37,237 nt of DNA from a virus (Duplodnaviria > Caudoviricetes), in IMG/VR virus record IMGVR_UViG_3300043395_000557, positions 1-37,237 of that record, one strand, 5' to 3'. The notes beneath the pieces were generated by a model. The model saw only the letters and a list, made by a program, of their open reading frames with translations. It had not been told where the DNA came from and ran no database searches. Below are positions 9,237 through 19,348 of this stretch, piece after piece. The stretch's first letter is position 1. The number at the start of each line of letters is the position of its first letter. The position numbers were made by a program, and so were the translations under genes.

Positions 9237-11255
9237 TTAGTTCTTATCTGGAATCTTAATCTCACAGGCATCTGTGGTGCAATAAGCCTCACCCATAGCC
9301 TCAAGATTATCAACACCATCATAAATAGCAGAGAAGTCAATCTTTGCAATACGACCAACGTAATAGTCATACTCTTCTTCAGTAATCTCTGAATATGGCT
9401 GTTGCTCATATACATCGTTACCCATTGGTAAGAATGATACCGCCTTTAGTTGACCCTCATACATGTTCAGAACTGATGCAACGTGTTCTTTTTCCTTTTC
9501 CTTGTCAAATGACAGAGTTACAGAAACACCGTTGTCTGACCAATACTTCTGTGCAGTAGCAGCAAGTGCCATCTTCTCAAAGATAGTAACATCCTTTTCA
9601 GAACGCTTGATTCCCGAAGAAATTGGGAAATATACTACAGATGTGTTATCTGAGTATAGTGCTGGTTCAATCTTGTACCCTGCTGCCTTAAACAAGTGAA
9701 GCATTGGGTCTGTGTTTCCAAATCGGATAGCACGAAGATAGAACTTGCCACCTGGCATCCAGTGAACACCAGGGGTAGCACCAGAAAGGATTGATACAGA
9801 GCCAGAAGGTTTAACTGTAGTTACACGGATTGACTCACGAACACATAGCCATTCTGAATACTTCTTGTCATAGAAGCGAATCTTATTATAACCTTCGTCC
9901 ATCCATTCACGAGTTGCTGGCAAACCATGTGCATCAGCAAATGATGCAATACCAGTTAGAGATGTACCAATACGGCGGTTTCTCTGCATGATACCGTTTG
10001 TCTGTTGCCAGTGAGTAGGAAGAAGTGTTACAGTCTTTCCATACAAGTAAGCAAACTTAAGAGTGCGTAGGAAGTCTTCTTTGCTTTCGTGACGGTTTAG
10101 GTGAACCTCAACTAGAGTACACAGTTCGTATGATTCTAGTGGCTGTTCTGCACATGGGTTAAAGCCCATTACACGATAGTCCTTTCCATCTGCAGGGTCT
10201 GCAAGACGACCATAGTTACGAGCAACGTCAAGCCAGATAAATCCAGGCTCTCCGTTATCTGCAATGCGGTCAACATACTTTGAATAATCCATACCAACAG
10301 TTGCTGAGATAGAGTTATTAGACATCCAAGCCCAAGGTGCACGGTCTGGGAATGCGTCATAGTTCTTTAAATTAATAAAGTCCTCGTCTTCTGCACCACC
10401 CAAAGCAAGAGTAGCAGAACGGCGGACGTTACCTGCAACAACACAAGTACCAATAAGATTAACGATGTCAACAATGGCACGAGAGTCTAGTTTTTCTCCT
10501 GCCCTACCGCCAATTACTTCACGAAGTTGATTATGAACCTTGATTAGTGGTGCTGGACCAGATGCAGTTCCACCGAAGCCCTTGATGGGAGCACCTTCTG
10601 GACGAATCTCAGAATAATCAAATTCCTGAATAGACTGATTTGGTCGTAGGAAAGAGTTCAGGAGAAGGCGTAAAGATTCTACCCAACCTTCACGAGTATC
10701 TGGAATAACATAGGTGACTGATGGCTCTGTTGGTGCAAAAATTGAAAAATTCTTTTCTGCTCCAAGGGTATCAAAGCCAACACCAATGCCAAGCATCAAG
10801 GCATCCATTACCCAAGCAAACAATGCTCCAGGGTCATTCTTATCTAGGTCTTTTGTAGAAACCATAGCACAATTCTGCAAAGCAGCAGAGTTACGCTTTT
10901 CCATTGTTAGTGGAGTTCCAAATGTCCACATACCACGACCTGGTGGAGTCCACTTTAGGTTGAACATGCGGTCAAATGCTTCTTGAGCAGACTTTTGAGC
11001 CTTGTAGTCATTCCACGGTAGGCGGTTCTCCTTTGCATGGTTTTTCTGGACAGAATACATACCTTCGATAACTCTGCGTACGACTTCGTACCAGCGTTCC
11101 TTAGTTCCGTCTTCTTTGACTCGTGAGTAGGTACGCACAAAGGTAATTTCACCTAGTGAGTTTAGACCTGCATCCACGAATCCAAAGGGTGATTCCAGTG
11201 ATTTGTACTTTTCGACAAAATCTGCTGGTAGGGTAAAAGAGAAAAATTCCGACAT
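9237..11255 (-). CDS. nrdJ: class II adenosylcobalamin-dependent ribonucleotide reductase (monomeric RTPR type)
   Basis: RTYSR, PPGRG, LQNC, VVAGNVRRSA, NPCAEQPL, TVKPSGS and C-terminal CTTDAC redox pair; AGAAAGGTGG RBS. Confidence 0.9.
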   Translation of the reverse strand: MSEFFSFTLPADFVEKYKSLESPFGFVDAGLNSLGEITFVRTYSRVKEDGTKERWYEVVRRVIEGMYSVQKNHAKENRLPWNDYKAQKSAQEAFDRMFNLKWTPPGRGMWTFGTPLTMEKRNSAALQNCAMVSTKDLDKNDPGALFAWVMDALMLGIGVGFDTLGAEKNFSIFAPTEPSVTYVIPDTREGWVESLRLLLNSFLRPNQSIQEFDYSEIRPEGAPIKGFGGTASGPAPLIKVHNQLREVIGGRAGEKLDSRAIVDIVNLIGTCVVAGNVRRSATLALGGAEDEDFINLKNYDAFPDRAPWAWMSNNSISATVGMDYSKYVDRIADNGEPGFIWLDVARNYGRLADPADGKDYRVMGFNPCAEQPLESYELCTLVEVHLNRHESKEDFLRTLKFAYLYGKTVTLLPTHWQQTNGIMQRNRRIGTSLTGIASFADAHGLPATREWMDEGYNKIRFYDKKYSEWLCVRESIRVTTVKPSGSVSILSGATPGVHWMPGGKFYLRAIRFGNTDPMLHLFKAAGYKIEPALYSDNTSVVYFPISSGIKRSEKDVTIFEKMALAATAQKYWSDNGVSVTLSFDKEKEKEHVASVLNMYEGQLKAVSFLPMGNDVYEQQPYSEITEEEYDYYVGRIAKIDFSAIYDGVDNLEAMGEAYCTTDACEIKIPDKN

Positions 11256-11338
11256 AGTGTTTCCACCTTTCTAAAACTGTAATGAATATAGTATAGCACA
11301 GTTTTAAGAAAAGTCAAACGCTACCTTAAAGTAGTACT

Positions 11339-12640
11339 TTAATTAAATGCACCAACGCTTTGAACAGTACCATTTCCAATAGGAGTAATTTTAAAATAAC
11401 TATTTGTTGATACTGATGGAACGTTTGCTGTTCCAGCAGTTGGGGTAATACTTGGATATATTTTTACTGACCCAGTTCCAGTGACACGAATAATACCCCT
11501 ACCTTTCCAAGTAATATAACGAGAACCTGTAGCACCTGGGCTAGTAAAGTTTGTAGTCGTTGTTTCAGAACCAATAATGCTGCTTAGTGTTGTAGCAGTA
11601 GCAAACGATGTTGTATTGTTACCATAATCAAGCCATGATTGAATAGTTGTAGTTGGAGTTCCAGATACCGTGGTTCTTGTCCAACCAAGGTTTAATGATG
11701 TTGTTGTATCTCCAAATGACTGATACCGAAGACCAAAATACATTTCAAACTCGTATGATGTTCCAGCAAGAAGCGTAATTCCCCTAGTTGTATTTGTTCC
11801 AACACCATCACTAAGCATGGTCTGGGCTGCTGCTGATGTTGAAAAGTCCATACTTACAAGAGTTGTAACAAATGTATGTGGACTAGCAATCAATGACCTA
11901 CCAGCAGTAGCAGTTCCAGAATTGTTTTCTGGTGTAGCATAATGAACAACACCATCATATTCGATAGCCCCTGGAATTGGTGTAGTAAGAAGTGCTGGTG
12001 TAGATGTTCCAAAATATAGTGGAGCAGTTCCAGCAGTTGCTGTTCCAGAACGAAGTGTCAATGATGATGTAAGAGTTCCACCAGTAAACGAAGTACCAGC
12101 ATCACCCTTTACTCCACGAAGTTCAATTGCAGTAAGAACTGGACCATCAGTTTCACCAAAGTTGAAAGTTCCTGCTGCAGCAGCACTTGCTGTTTTTAAT
12201 GAATAGGTATATGTACCAGCAACTGGTGCATCAATTACGGTCAATGCATATGGTATATTTTCTGAACCAGCAGATGATTCAACCTGAACAATTTTTCCAA
12301 TAGCAGTTGAGTCACGATAAAGTTGAAGTTTTATCCATCCACCAGCAGTGCTGTTTTCAGCATCTCCTGTAACAAGAACTTGGACTGGATATCCAGTTGT
12401 AGTTATAGATGCAGAAACAATGGTTACACCTGATGCAGAAATAGTAGATTGCTTTGTTGCTTGAGTCTGAGCATAGTTCATTGCACCAGATGCAATTGAT
12501 GCCCAAGTTGGGGTATTTCCAGCACCAGCCGAAGTTAAAACCTGACCAGGTGCACCAGCAGAAGCATCTAACGTGAATTCGCCATCAATGTTCAACTTAG
12601 CAGCAGTTGGTATTTGTACTCCAGATAATTTGCTTCTCAT
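11339..12640 (-). CDS. tail fibre/receptor-binding-like protein
   Basis: 433 aa, G/T/S/A-rich; GAPGQVLTSAGAG..PTW fibre motif; leaderless start. Confidence 0.6.
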   Translation of the reverse strand: MRSKLSGVQIPTAAKLNIDGEFTLDASAGAPGQVLTSAGAGNTPTWASIASGAMNYAQTQATKQSTISASGVTIVSASITTTGYPVQVLVTGDAENSTAGGWIKLQLYRDSTAIGKIVQVESSAGSENIPYALTVIDAPVAGTYTYSLKTASAAAAGTFNFGETDGPVLTAIELRGVKGDAGTSFTGGTLTSSLTLRSGTATAGTAPLYFGTSTPALLTTPIPGAIEYDGVVHYATPENNSGTATAGRSLIASPHTFVTTLVSMDFSTSAAAQTMLSDGVGTNTTRGITLLAGTSYEFEMYFGLRYQSFGDTTTSLNLGWTRTTVSGTPTTTIQSWLDYGNNTTSFATATTLSSIIGSETTTTNFTSPGATGSRYITWKGRGIIRVTGTGSVKIYPSITPTAGTANVPSVSTNSYFKITPIGNGTVQSVGAFN

Positions 12641-12657
12641 AAGTTAATTATAGCAGA

Positions 12658-14706
12658 TTAACCGATAATTACAACACGATAGGTTGCAGCAGATACTGTA
12701 GTAGAGGCATTCCAACTGATAGTTACGTTTCCAGTAGGAGCAGAAGAACCTGCAGTCTGGTCTACTAATACGTCAACATCAACCATTGCTCCATCGGAAA
12801 CTTGGAACATTTGAACCATAAGTGCTTGAGTGTTTCCTAAACCATGAGTAGATGCCAAAATTGACCATGTGGCTGTTCCAGATGATGGAGTAATTGAAGA
12901 GTTAGTTGCAGTATACTTTCTAGCACCTGTTGAAATCGCTGATGTAACATATGCTGTAGTTGCAACTTTTGTACTGTTGTCTGGATATGTAGGTGTAGTT
13001 GCAGTAGCAGCACCAATGTCACCACCAGCAAATACTAGAGAGCCAGTACCCGATTCATCAGTAAGTGCTGCACGAAGGTTAGCACTAGTTGGTGTTGTAA
13101 GGAATGTCTGAATACCAGTTGCAGAAGAGTTTAATAGTGTAACTCCACCAGAAGGAATTGTTGTTCCATTTACGCTAGTTACGTTTGGAAGAGATGTTAC
13201 ACCAGCAGCAAGATATGCAGAGGTTGCTGTAAAGGCAGCAGAACCAAGCGTACCACCAGTACCAATGTTAAGTGTTGATGTATCTGTACCAGCAAGTGTA
13301 AGAGTATTACTTACTGTAAGGGTCTTGCTTGTTGTACCACCAGCAACTGTGAATCCAGTTGTTGCAGATGTTAGCGTAACACCATTTACTGTCTTGTTTG
13401 TTAGTGCTTCAGAACCAGCAAGGGTAGCAAGTGTACCAGTTGTTGGAAGTGTAAGAGATGTATTTCCAGTAGCAGTAAATGTCTGAGTAAATGAACCTGC
13501 GTGAGATACGTTTCCAGCAAGTGTCAGGGTACTAGAACCATTGTTTACACCAGTACCACCATAAGTAGGACTTACAGTACCGCTGGCAATTACAGAACCT
13601 GCAAGAGATGCAATGGTAACTGCACCAGCAGCATCTACAGTAAACTGTGCTGATGGGAATGATGCAATACCAGCACTAGAAGTAGTAGCATAAGGAACTG
13701 CACCTGTACCAGAATACTGTGTCCAGTTAATTGGGTCTGTTCCAATAGCAGTAATTACTGCAGTTTCAACATATCCGTCTCCACCATTTGTAGTACCAGC
13801 AATAACGTATACAAGGTCACCAGCGTGAACTTCTGGAAGTGTGTCATAGTCAGTAGCACGAGTAAATACAAATGATGTTGTATTTCCAATAGCACCAACA
13901 GATGTTACTGTATAAATACCGTTTTGGAGAGCAGAAGCCTGGTTCTTAATAAGAACACGGTCAGTTACTGTTAATGATTGACCATCAATTGTGATTGCAG
14001 TCCAGTTTGTAGATGTAGCAATTGTAAGAGTTGCACCCTGTCCTGATGTACCGTTTGCATAAGTGGTGGTAATTGTTCCACCAACAAGGTTTCCAGTAGT
14101 ACCCAAAGCACCTGTAGTTGCATACTTAACTGCAGCGTGGACGTTAATTCCAGCAGCAACTGTATCTACATAATCTTTAGTAACAGCGTCAGCAGCGGAG
14201 GTAGGAGTTCCAAGACCTGTAATCTTGTTGTTTCCCATAGCAATGTTGCCACCCATTGTAAGACCAGTAAGAGTTCCTACGCTGGTTAGTGAAGAGTTAA
14301 CAACAGTTGATTTTAATGTAGTACCTGTAAGGGTACTTGCATCTGCAGTAACGGTAATATTGGCAGAGCCATCGAAGGAGACACCGTTAATTGTTCTAGC
14401 AGTTTGAAGGGCAGTTGCAGTAGATGCGTTACCTGTAAGAGCACCTACAAAAGATGTTGAAGATACAGAAGACAAACCTGTAAACGTTGTCTGTGAGCCA
14501 CCAATAGTAACAGCAGTGCTACCAATGGTTACTGTATCGGCGGTAGTTGCTACGCTAAGTGTGCTTGAACCATTACCGAAGACAAGTCTACCACTTGAGT
14601 AGTACAAAGCACCTGCGGTTGTGCTTGCCCCATGTGTGCTGTTTAGCACTGGGTTCAACAGTAGATTATTATTTAAATCTATGTTGGTTAAAAACTTTCT
14701 AGACAT
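12658..14706 (-). CDS. tail fibre-like protein
   Basis: 682 aa, T/G/S/A-rich; LQTARTINGVSFDGSANI, ITGLGTPTSAADAVTKDYVD, DRVLIKNQ..QNGIY, NSTKVATTAYV motifs typical of phage fibres. Confidence 0.7.
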   Translation of the reverse strand: MSRKFLTNIDLNNNLLLNPVLNSTHGASTTAGALYYSSGRLVFGNGSSTLSVATTADTVTIGSTAVTIGGSQTTFTGLSSVSSTSFVGALTGNASTATALQTARTINGVSFDGSANITVTADASTLTGTTLKSTVVNSSLTSVGTLTGLTMGGNIAMGNNKITGLGTPTSAADAVTKDYVDTVAAGINVHAAVKYATTGALGTTGNLVGGTITTTYANGTSGQGATLTIATSTNWTAITIDGQSLTVTDRVLIKNQASALQNGIYTVTSVGAIGNTTSFVFTRATDYDTLPEVHAGDLVYVIAGTTNGGDGYVETAVITAIGTDPINWTQYSGTGAVPYATTSSAGIASFPSAQFTVDAAGAVTIASLAGSVIASGTVSPTYGGTGVNNGSSTLTLAGNVSHAGSFTQTFTATGNTSLTLPTTGTLATLAGSEALTNKTVNGVTLTSATTGFTVAGGTTSKTLTVSNTLTLAGTDTSTLNIGTGGTLGSAAFTATSAYLAAGVTSLPNVTSVNGTTIPSGGVTLLNSSATGIQTFLTTPTSANLRAALTDESGTGSLVFAGGDIGAATATTPTYPDNSTKVATTAYVTSAISTGARKYTATNSSITPSSGTATWSILASTHGLGNTQALMVQMFQVSDGAMVDVDVLVDQTAGSSAPTGNVTISWNASTTVSAATYRVVIIG

Positions 14707-14720
14707 TTCTTATTCTCCTT

Positions 14721-15080
14721 CTAAGACAGATACGCATATCCTATATACGCATCTGAAAGTGTTACAGTAACCTCATTATTGCCAACATATTCAATATCGC
14801 ATTCTAGGATATTACCATTATAATCAGTTATTACAACATTTGGCTTAAATGATAGGTTGTGTGTAATATGCCATACAGAAAGAAGTGCATTTTGTGTGTG
14901 CTTGTAAGAAATGCTTTGTGGGTCTACCTTTGTGTATTCAAGATTGTTCCAGTGGGTGACACCATCTCCAACTTTCATTTTGTTGGAATCGGTTTCTACC
15001 CCAATCTCTCCAGCAAGCAGAATAGGGTTAGTTGAAGTCCAACGACTTGAAGTTCCCCTCTTCTGTTGCATGGTTGGCAT
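14721..15080 (-). CDS. small tail protein with major tropism determinant N-terminal-like domain
   Basis: QQKRGTSSRWTSTNPILLAGEIGVETDSNKMKVGDGVTHWNNLEY, followed by a WHITHNL domain. Confidence 0.7.
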   Translation of the reverse strand: MPTMQQKRGTSSRWTSTNPILLAGEIGVETDSNKMKVGDGVTHWNNLEYTKVDPQSISYKHTQNALLSVWHITHNLSFKPNVVITDYNGNILECDIEYVGNNEVTVTLSDAYIGYAYLS

Positions 15081-15081
15081 G

Positions 15082-15324
15082 TTATTCTGTTACCTCAGTC
15101 TGTGGTGGCAAAGCATCCAGTTCAGCCTGATAGGCTGCGATAACTTGTGACAGAGTTGCAATATTCTTATCAATCTCTGCAATAACTGCTTCATCTTCGT
15201 TTGTTTCTGCGACCTTGCGGTTGATTGAGATTTGGTATCCCTCAACAGCAAACTGCTGAATACGCTGAAGAATAATGCTTCGCTTTTGCTCGTCATTTAG
15301 ATAAGCACTAAATTCATTAGACAT
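15082..15324 (-). CDS. hypothetical coiled-coil protein
   Basis: 80 aa, GGAAGGAA RBS, co-oriented with tail genes. Confidence 0.7.
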   Translation of the reverse strand: MSNEFSAYLNDEQKRSIILQRIQQFAVEGYQISINRKVAETNEDEAVIAEIDKNIATLSQVIAAYQAELDALPPQTEVTE

Positions 15325-15383
15325 TTGGTTCCTTCCAATAGTAGTTTATATCAATTTATGATACACCAAAATTATACCACATA

Positions 15384-15412
15384 TTGCACGTTTAGGGAAA
15401 GGGTGGTATAAT
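15384..15412 (+). promoter_or_regulatory. housekeeping-sigma promoter for the NlpC/P60 gene
   Basis: TTGCAC-N17-TATAAT with TG extension. Confidence 0.7.
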
Positions 15413-15540
15413 TATTAGACAACTTCCCCCTCAAGGAAGTTTTTGCTTTACAGGCTCTACTTCTATAAAGAATACTGTCTGCCAGGATGCCGTGCAATTT
15501 GATGGTATCGTAACAACATAAAAAATAAGGAGGTAGCAAA

Positions 15541-16134
15541 ATGAATAAAAAATTTGCTGCAGTAGGACTAGCATTTGTACTAATACTAGGTCTTACAAAC
15601 TGTACTGGCGATACCCCTGCCAATGCAATACAACTAAAAACACATGAGTCCATATTGCCAATATCCAATGTTTTAAATATTGGTAAAAAGATTGGTAATA
15701 TGACTATGCTTGAAAAAGACAATCTTAAAAGAATTAAGACTAATAAAAATACTATCAGAATGCAAAAAGTTCTTAAGTATTTAAAAACTAGAAAAGGAAA
15801 GACCCCATATGTCTTTTCTGGTTCATCTCCGAAATGGGGATGGGATTGCTCTGGTTTAGTTCGATGGACATATGAGCAATTTGGAATTACCCTTGAACAC
15901 TCTGCCACAAAACAGGCACACTCTGGAAAAAGAGTTAGTTATAAAAACGCAAAACCTGGTGACATTGTTACATTTAGTTGGGGTAGTGATTATTGGTTCT
16001 ATCATGCTGCCATATATCTAGGTCATGGAATCATTATTGATGCTAATAGAGGTCATGGAACAACAGTAATTCAACCACTAACTAATTTCAAAGGTAGTAA
16101 AATACGATTTATAAGAATAGTAGAAACTAACTAA
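15541..16134 (+). CDS. NlpC/P60 cell-wall endopeptidase with signal/lipoprotein-like N-terminus
   Basis: TPYVFSG..GWDCSGLV, PGDIVTF, HAAIYLG catalytic motifs; hydrophobic leader ending LTNC; AAGGAGG RBS. Confidence 0.85.
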   Translation: MNKKFAAVGLAFVLILGLTNCTGDTPANAIQLKTHESILPISNVLNIGKKIGNMTMLEKDNLKRIKTNKNTIRMQKVLKYLKTRKGKTPYVFSGSSPKWGWDCSGLVRWTYEQFGITLEHSATKQAHSGKRVSYKNAKPGDIVTFSWGSDYWFYHAAIYLGHGIIIDANRGHGTTVIQPLTNFKGSKIRFIRIVETN

Positions 16135-16135
16135 T

Positions 16136-16170
16136 AAAGATACCCTCAGAAAAATCTGGGGGTATTTTTA
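16136..16170. terminator. bidirectional terminator between convergent genes
   Basis: ATACCCTCAGA/TCTGGGGGTAT stem with A-run before and T-run after. Confidence 0.7.
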
Positions 16171-16172
16171 TA

Positions 16173-17312
16173 CTATACTACTGTTCCTGCTATCATTGGA
16201 TACCAAGATGTTCCGTTAGAAACCAACATTACCCTTCTGTTTGCAGTAGATGCAGGGAACCAAGTTACGTTTGATGTTGCTGCTGTACCATTAATATGTC
16301 CAGAAACTGTAATTACGTTTATAGAGTTATCTGTTCTATTTAAATATAAAATTTTTCCAGCAGTTGGTGTTGGCAATGTAACTGTGTATGCCGTTGATGG
16401 TGCACTCAAATGAACTATGTCATTTGCAACAGTTAATGTTACTGCTGCAACATATGTATCTGATGCATAGGTTGGTCCAGTAATTGTTGGAGTTGTTGCC
16501 ATAACTACGTTTCCAGTACCAGTATATGTACTAAAATCTGTCAAACCAGATTCCCAAGAAGCAGCGGTAGTTCCAGAAGTAAGAATACATGTAACCATTG
16601 CAGTAGTTCCAGGAATAACTGTAATAACAAGGTTACCACCAGAAGAGTTAACTGTTAAGTTGCTAGTACTATTATTTACAATGTGGAAGGTCCATCCAGT
16701 AATCAATGTGCTAGTTACAGGAAGAACAACTGTTTGTGTGCTAGTTCCAGTAAACTGTTGGTAATAAGAACTTGTGTTCGTAAGTGTAGTTGTTCCTGCT
16801 GCTGTGGCTGTTGATGTATAGCCCATCAAAGTAGCCATTGACTTAGGTGGGTTTGTATCCAAGATTGCGGTGTTGTTAATTCTTACTTGTTTGCTTGCTG
16901 CTAAGTTCCAGTGTTCTGATGATGTCCATGCAGTGTTAACGTTATCCCAAATAATTGTTTTATCAGTTGCACCTTTAAGTGTAATACCACCACCATTTGC
17001 AGTTGTATCTGATGGAACTGCGACTGAACCAAGTTCAATATTTATATCGTCTACTGTTAATACAGTTGAGTTAAGCGTAGTAGTGGTTCCATTTACAGTA
17101 AGAGTTCCTGTAATTGTTACGTTACCAGCCAAAGTAGGGTTACCAGTATAAAGAGTATATAAAGCACCATAAATACCATTAGTTGTAACTGCTGCTCCAG
17201 TTGAACCAAAATACAAAGATTTTAACGCTGTTTGAATATCAGCGGTATCTGTCAGGTCTGGAATATAAGAAGCACCAAATGACGCAATTGAAGAACCTAT
17301 TGAACTAGCCAT
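16173..17312 (-). CDS. tail fibre-like protein
   Basis: 379 aa, T-rich; GNVTITGTLTVNGTTTTLNST..VDDINIELG..ANGGGITLKGATDKTI motif. Confidence 0.65.
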   Translation of the reverse strand: MASSIGSSIASFGASYIPDLTDTADIQTALKSLYFGSTGAAVTTNGIYGALYTLYTGNPTLAGNVTITGTLTVNGTTTTLNSTVLTVDDINIELGSVAVPSDTTANGGGITLKGATDKTIIWDNVNTAWTSSEHWNLAASKQVRINNTAILDTNPPKSMATLMGYTSTATAAGTTTLTNTSSYYQQFTGTSTQTVVLPVTSTLITGWTFHIVNNSTSNLTVNSSGGNLVITVIPGTTAMVTCILTSGTTAASWESGLTDFSTYTGTGNVVMATTPTITGPTYASDTYVAAVTLTVANDIVHLSAPSTAYTVTLPTPTAGKILYLNRTDNSINVITVSGHINGTAATSNVTWFPASTANRRVMLVSNGTSWYPMIAGTVV

Positions 17313-17319
17313 AGGTCAA

Positions 17320-18384
17320 TTATAGCACGTCTTCCTCTGTAAATAACTCAAAATTACTAGAAATCAACGATAGTGGGTTCATTTTTAGAGTGTCATCATT
17401 GTATGTTACTGATGACTTGTCTAGTTTCTTATTGTGACGACTAACATATAGCATATTTGTTGGTAAATATCTCCATGCAAAATCTGCATAATTGTGGTCA
17501 GTTACTTTTTGCGTAATCTTGAGTGCCTTTTCACAGTATTCCTCGCACTTTTCCCATTCTTCTTTTAAGAAATAGTGTACTGCTAAGGTAACAATTGGTT
17601 CACGAATCTGGTCATAATAATCAATTGCCTTTAGTAAATATTTTTCTGCATTTCTTTTTTCAATTGCAGATAACATGATATATGCTGCAGTTACGTCAGA
17701 TGGCGATGTTACTTTTTTAGGCATTTTAATAAATTTTTTAAGTTCACGAGCAGCCTCTTTTTTATCCTCACCAAAATGAACAAGCGTCCTAGCATAATAC
17801 AACTGATATCTATCGCTAGTTGGGTCTTCATCTAGAGCATCCTTAATAAGTGGATTATAGACAGCCCTATCTTTGCTTAAATCTGGGTGATGATAAATTT
17901 CAAAATCTTCTGATTTTTCTTCAACGTGATTTGGATTCCTATCTGGTGAAATATATTCATGCACAATATACTTCCATCTATAGCCATGTCTAGCATGAAC
18001 TTTCATTGCAGCCATAATTGTTTCTGGAATTGTTTGGTCTGCATCTTTCCAATTTTGTGTATACTTGTACAAAATTTGAGTACCAGTTGTTTTTTCAAGT
18101 GCTTCTCTCCAACCGTTAGACAAAGTTTCATCCATATCAAGCGAGATACACATGTCAATATCGTCTGGTAACAAAGCAAGAGCAGCATTACGAGCATCGT
18201 CAAATCGCCAAGGCTTAATAGAAATCTTTACAACATTGATTCCAAGTTTCTTAGCAAGTCTAACAGTCTTATCTGTAGAACCAGTATCAGCAATAAGAAG
18301 GTAGTCTGCATCCTTGGCTGTTTCATACCATCTCTGCACAAACTGTTCTTCATTTAAGGCGATAGTATATACCGCAATTTTCAT
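17320..18384 (-). CDS. GT2 glycosyltransferase with TPR-like C-terminus
   Basis: IALNEE, IADTGSTD, FDDARN, SLDMDE, VHE motifs. Confidence 0.85.
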   Translation of the reverse strand: MKIAVYTIALNEEQFVQRWYETAKDADYLLIADTGSTDKTVRLAKKLGINVVKISIKPWRFDDARNAALALLPDDIDMCISLDMDETLSNGWREALEKTTGTQILYKYTQNWKDADQTIPETIMAAMKVHARHGYRWKYIVHEYISPDRNPNHVEEKSEDFEIYHHPDLSKDRAVYNPLIKDALDEDPTSDRYQLYYARTLVHFGEDKKEAARELKKFIKMPKKVTSPSDVTAAYIMLSAIEKRNAEKYLLKAIDYYDQIREPIVTLAVHYFLKEEWEKCEEYCEKALKITQKVTDHNYADFAWRYLPTNMLYVSRHNKKLDKSSVTYNDDTLKMNPLSLISSNFELFTEEDVL

Positions 18385-19334
18385 TCTTCAATCCTTTGGT
18401 CATTTTCATTATACCATTTTTCAATTTCTGCCTGTAGTCGTTCTACTGCTCCAGACCAAACTTCTTTATTGTTAAATACATCAAATTTTGATGCTGTGTG
18501 CTTTATGGCTTGGTCAATGTAGAATTTAGCCAGTCCCCAAACTTCTTTTTGAACATAATATTCGGCAAGGTAGTAATATGGTTCACGTCTTTCTGGGGCA
18601 TGCTTCAAACATTCAATTAAATATTGATAACGTTTTTCTGGAACAATGTCTGCCATTAGTTTATAGACGTGTGCCTTATCAGTATTATCAAATCCTGGAA
18701 CTTTCATCATTTCTATATACCAAGTCTCAGCCTCCTCATAACGTTCAAGTGATACCAATGCATCTGTGTAATATTTGTAATAGCGTGTAATATTTGGATT
18801 TTCATCTAACGCTGCTTTAATTAGGTCAAGGTATTGACTACGAGGTTTTTCGGTATCTGGTAAGTGATAAACCTCAAGACCATAAGCAAACTCAATATTG
18901 GGTTCAGTTCTATCCTGAACAATACCCTCGTGCATTAGAAATTTCCAAACATATCCATGACGTGAGTGAATCTTATTATTAATCATGCTGTGTTGTTTAT
19001 GAAAATTATCAAAGACGTAGGTAATCTGATTGCCAGTTGTTTTTTCTAGAATCTCTCTCCAGCCTTCTGAAATAGTTTCGTCCATGTCAAGGGATACGCA
19101 CATATCAATATCATCTGGTAAAAGGGCTAGGGCTGTGTTCCTTGCAACGTCAAATCTCCAGGGTTTTACCGAAATGTTATAAACATTAATACCAAGAGAC
19201 TTGGCAATTTCCACGGTACGGTCAGTTGACCCTGTATCAGCAATAAGCAAATAGTCAGCATCCTTTACGGAGTTATACCAACGTTCAACGTGCTTTTCTT
19301 CATTAAGTGCAATTGTATAAACTGCAATTTTCAT
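18381..19334 (-). CDS. GT2 glycosyltransferase with TPR-like C-terminus (paralogue)
   Basis: N-terminal ~100 aa closely similar to the neighbour (MKIAVYTIALNEE...DTGSTD...SLDMDET). Confidence 0.85.
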   Translation of the reverse strand: MKIAVYTIALNEEKHVERWYNSVKDADYLLIADTGSTDRTVEIAKSLGINVYNISVKPWRFDVARNTALALLPDDIDMCVSLDMDETISEGWREILEKTTGNQITYVFDNFHKQHSMINNKIHSRHGYVWKFLMHEGIVQDRTEPNIEFAYGLEVYHLPDTEKPRSQYLDLIKAALDENPNITRYYKYYTDALVSLERYEEAETWYIEMMKVPGFDNTDKAHVYKLMADIVPEKRYQYLIECLKHAPERREPYYYLAEYYVQKEVWGLAKFYIDQAIKHTASKFDVFNNKEVWSGAVERLQAEIEKWYNENDQRIEE

Positions 19335-19348
19335 ACCCTAATCCATTT

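Noticed and set aside
14721-15080. Mtd N-terminal-like domain suggesting a diversity-generating retroelement
   Set aside because: No reverse transcriptase, no TR/VR repeat pair and no C-terminal lectin-like domain seen
15418-15540. c-di-AMP (ydaO) riboswitch upstream of NlpC/P60
   Set aside because: I could not find the characteristic conserved ydaO sequence blocks
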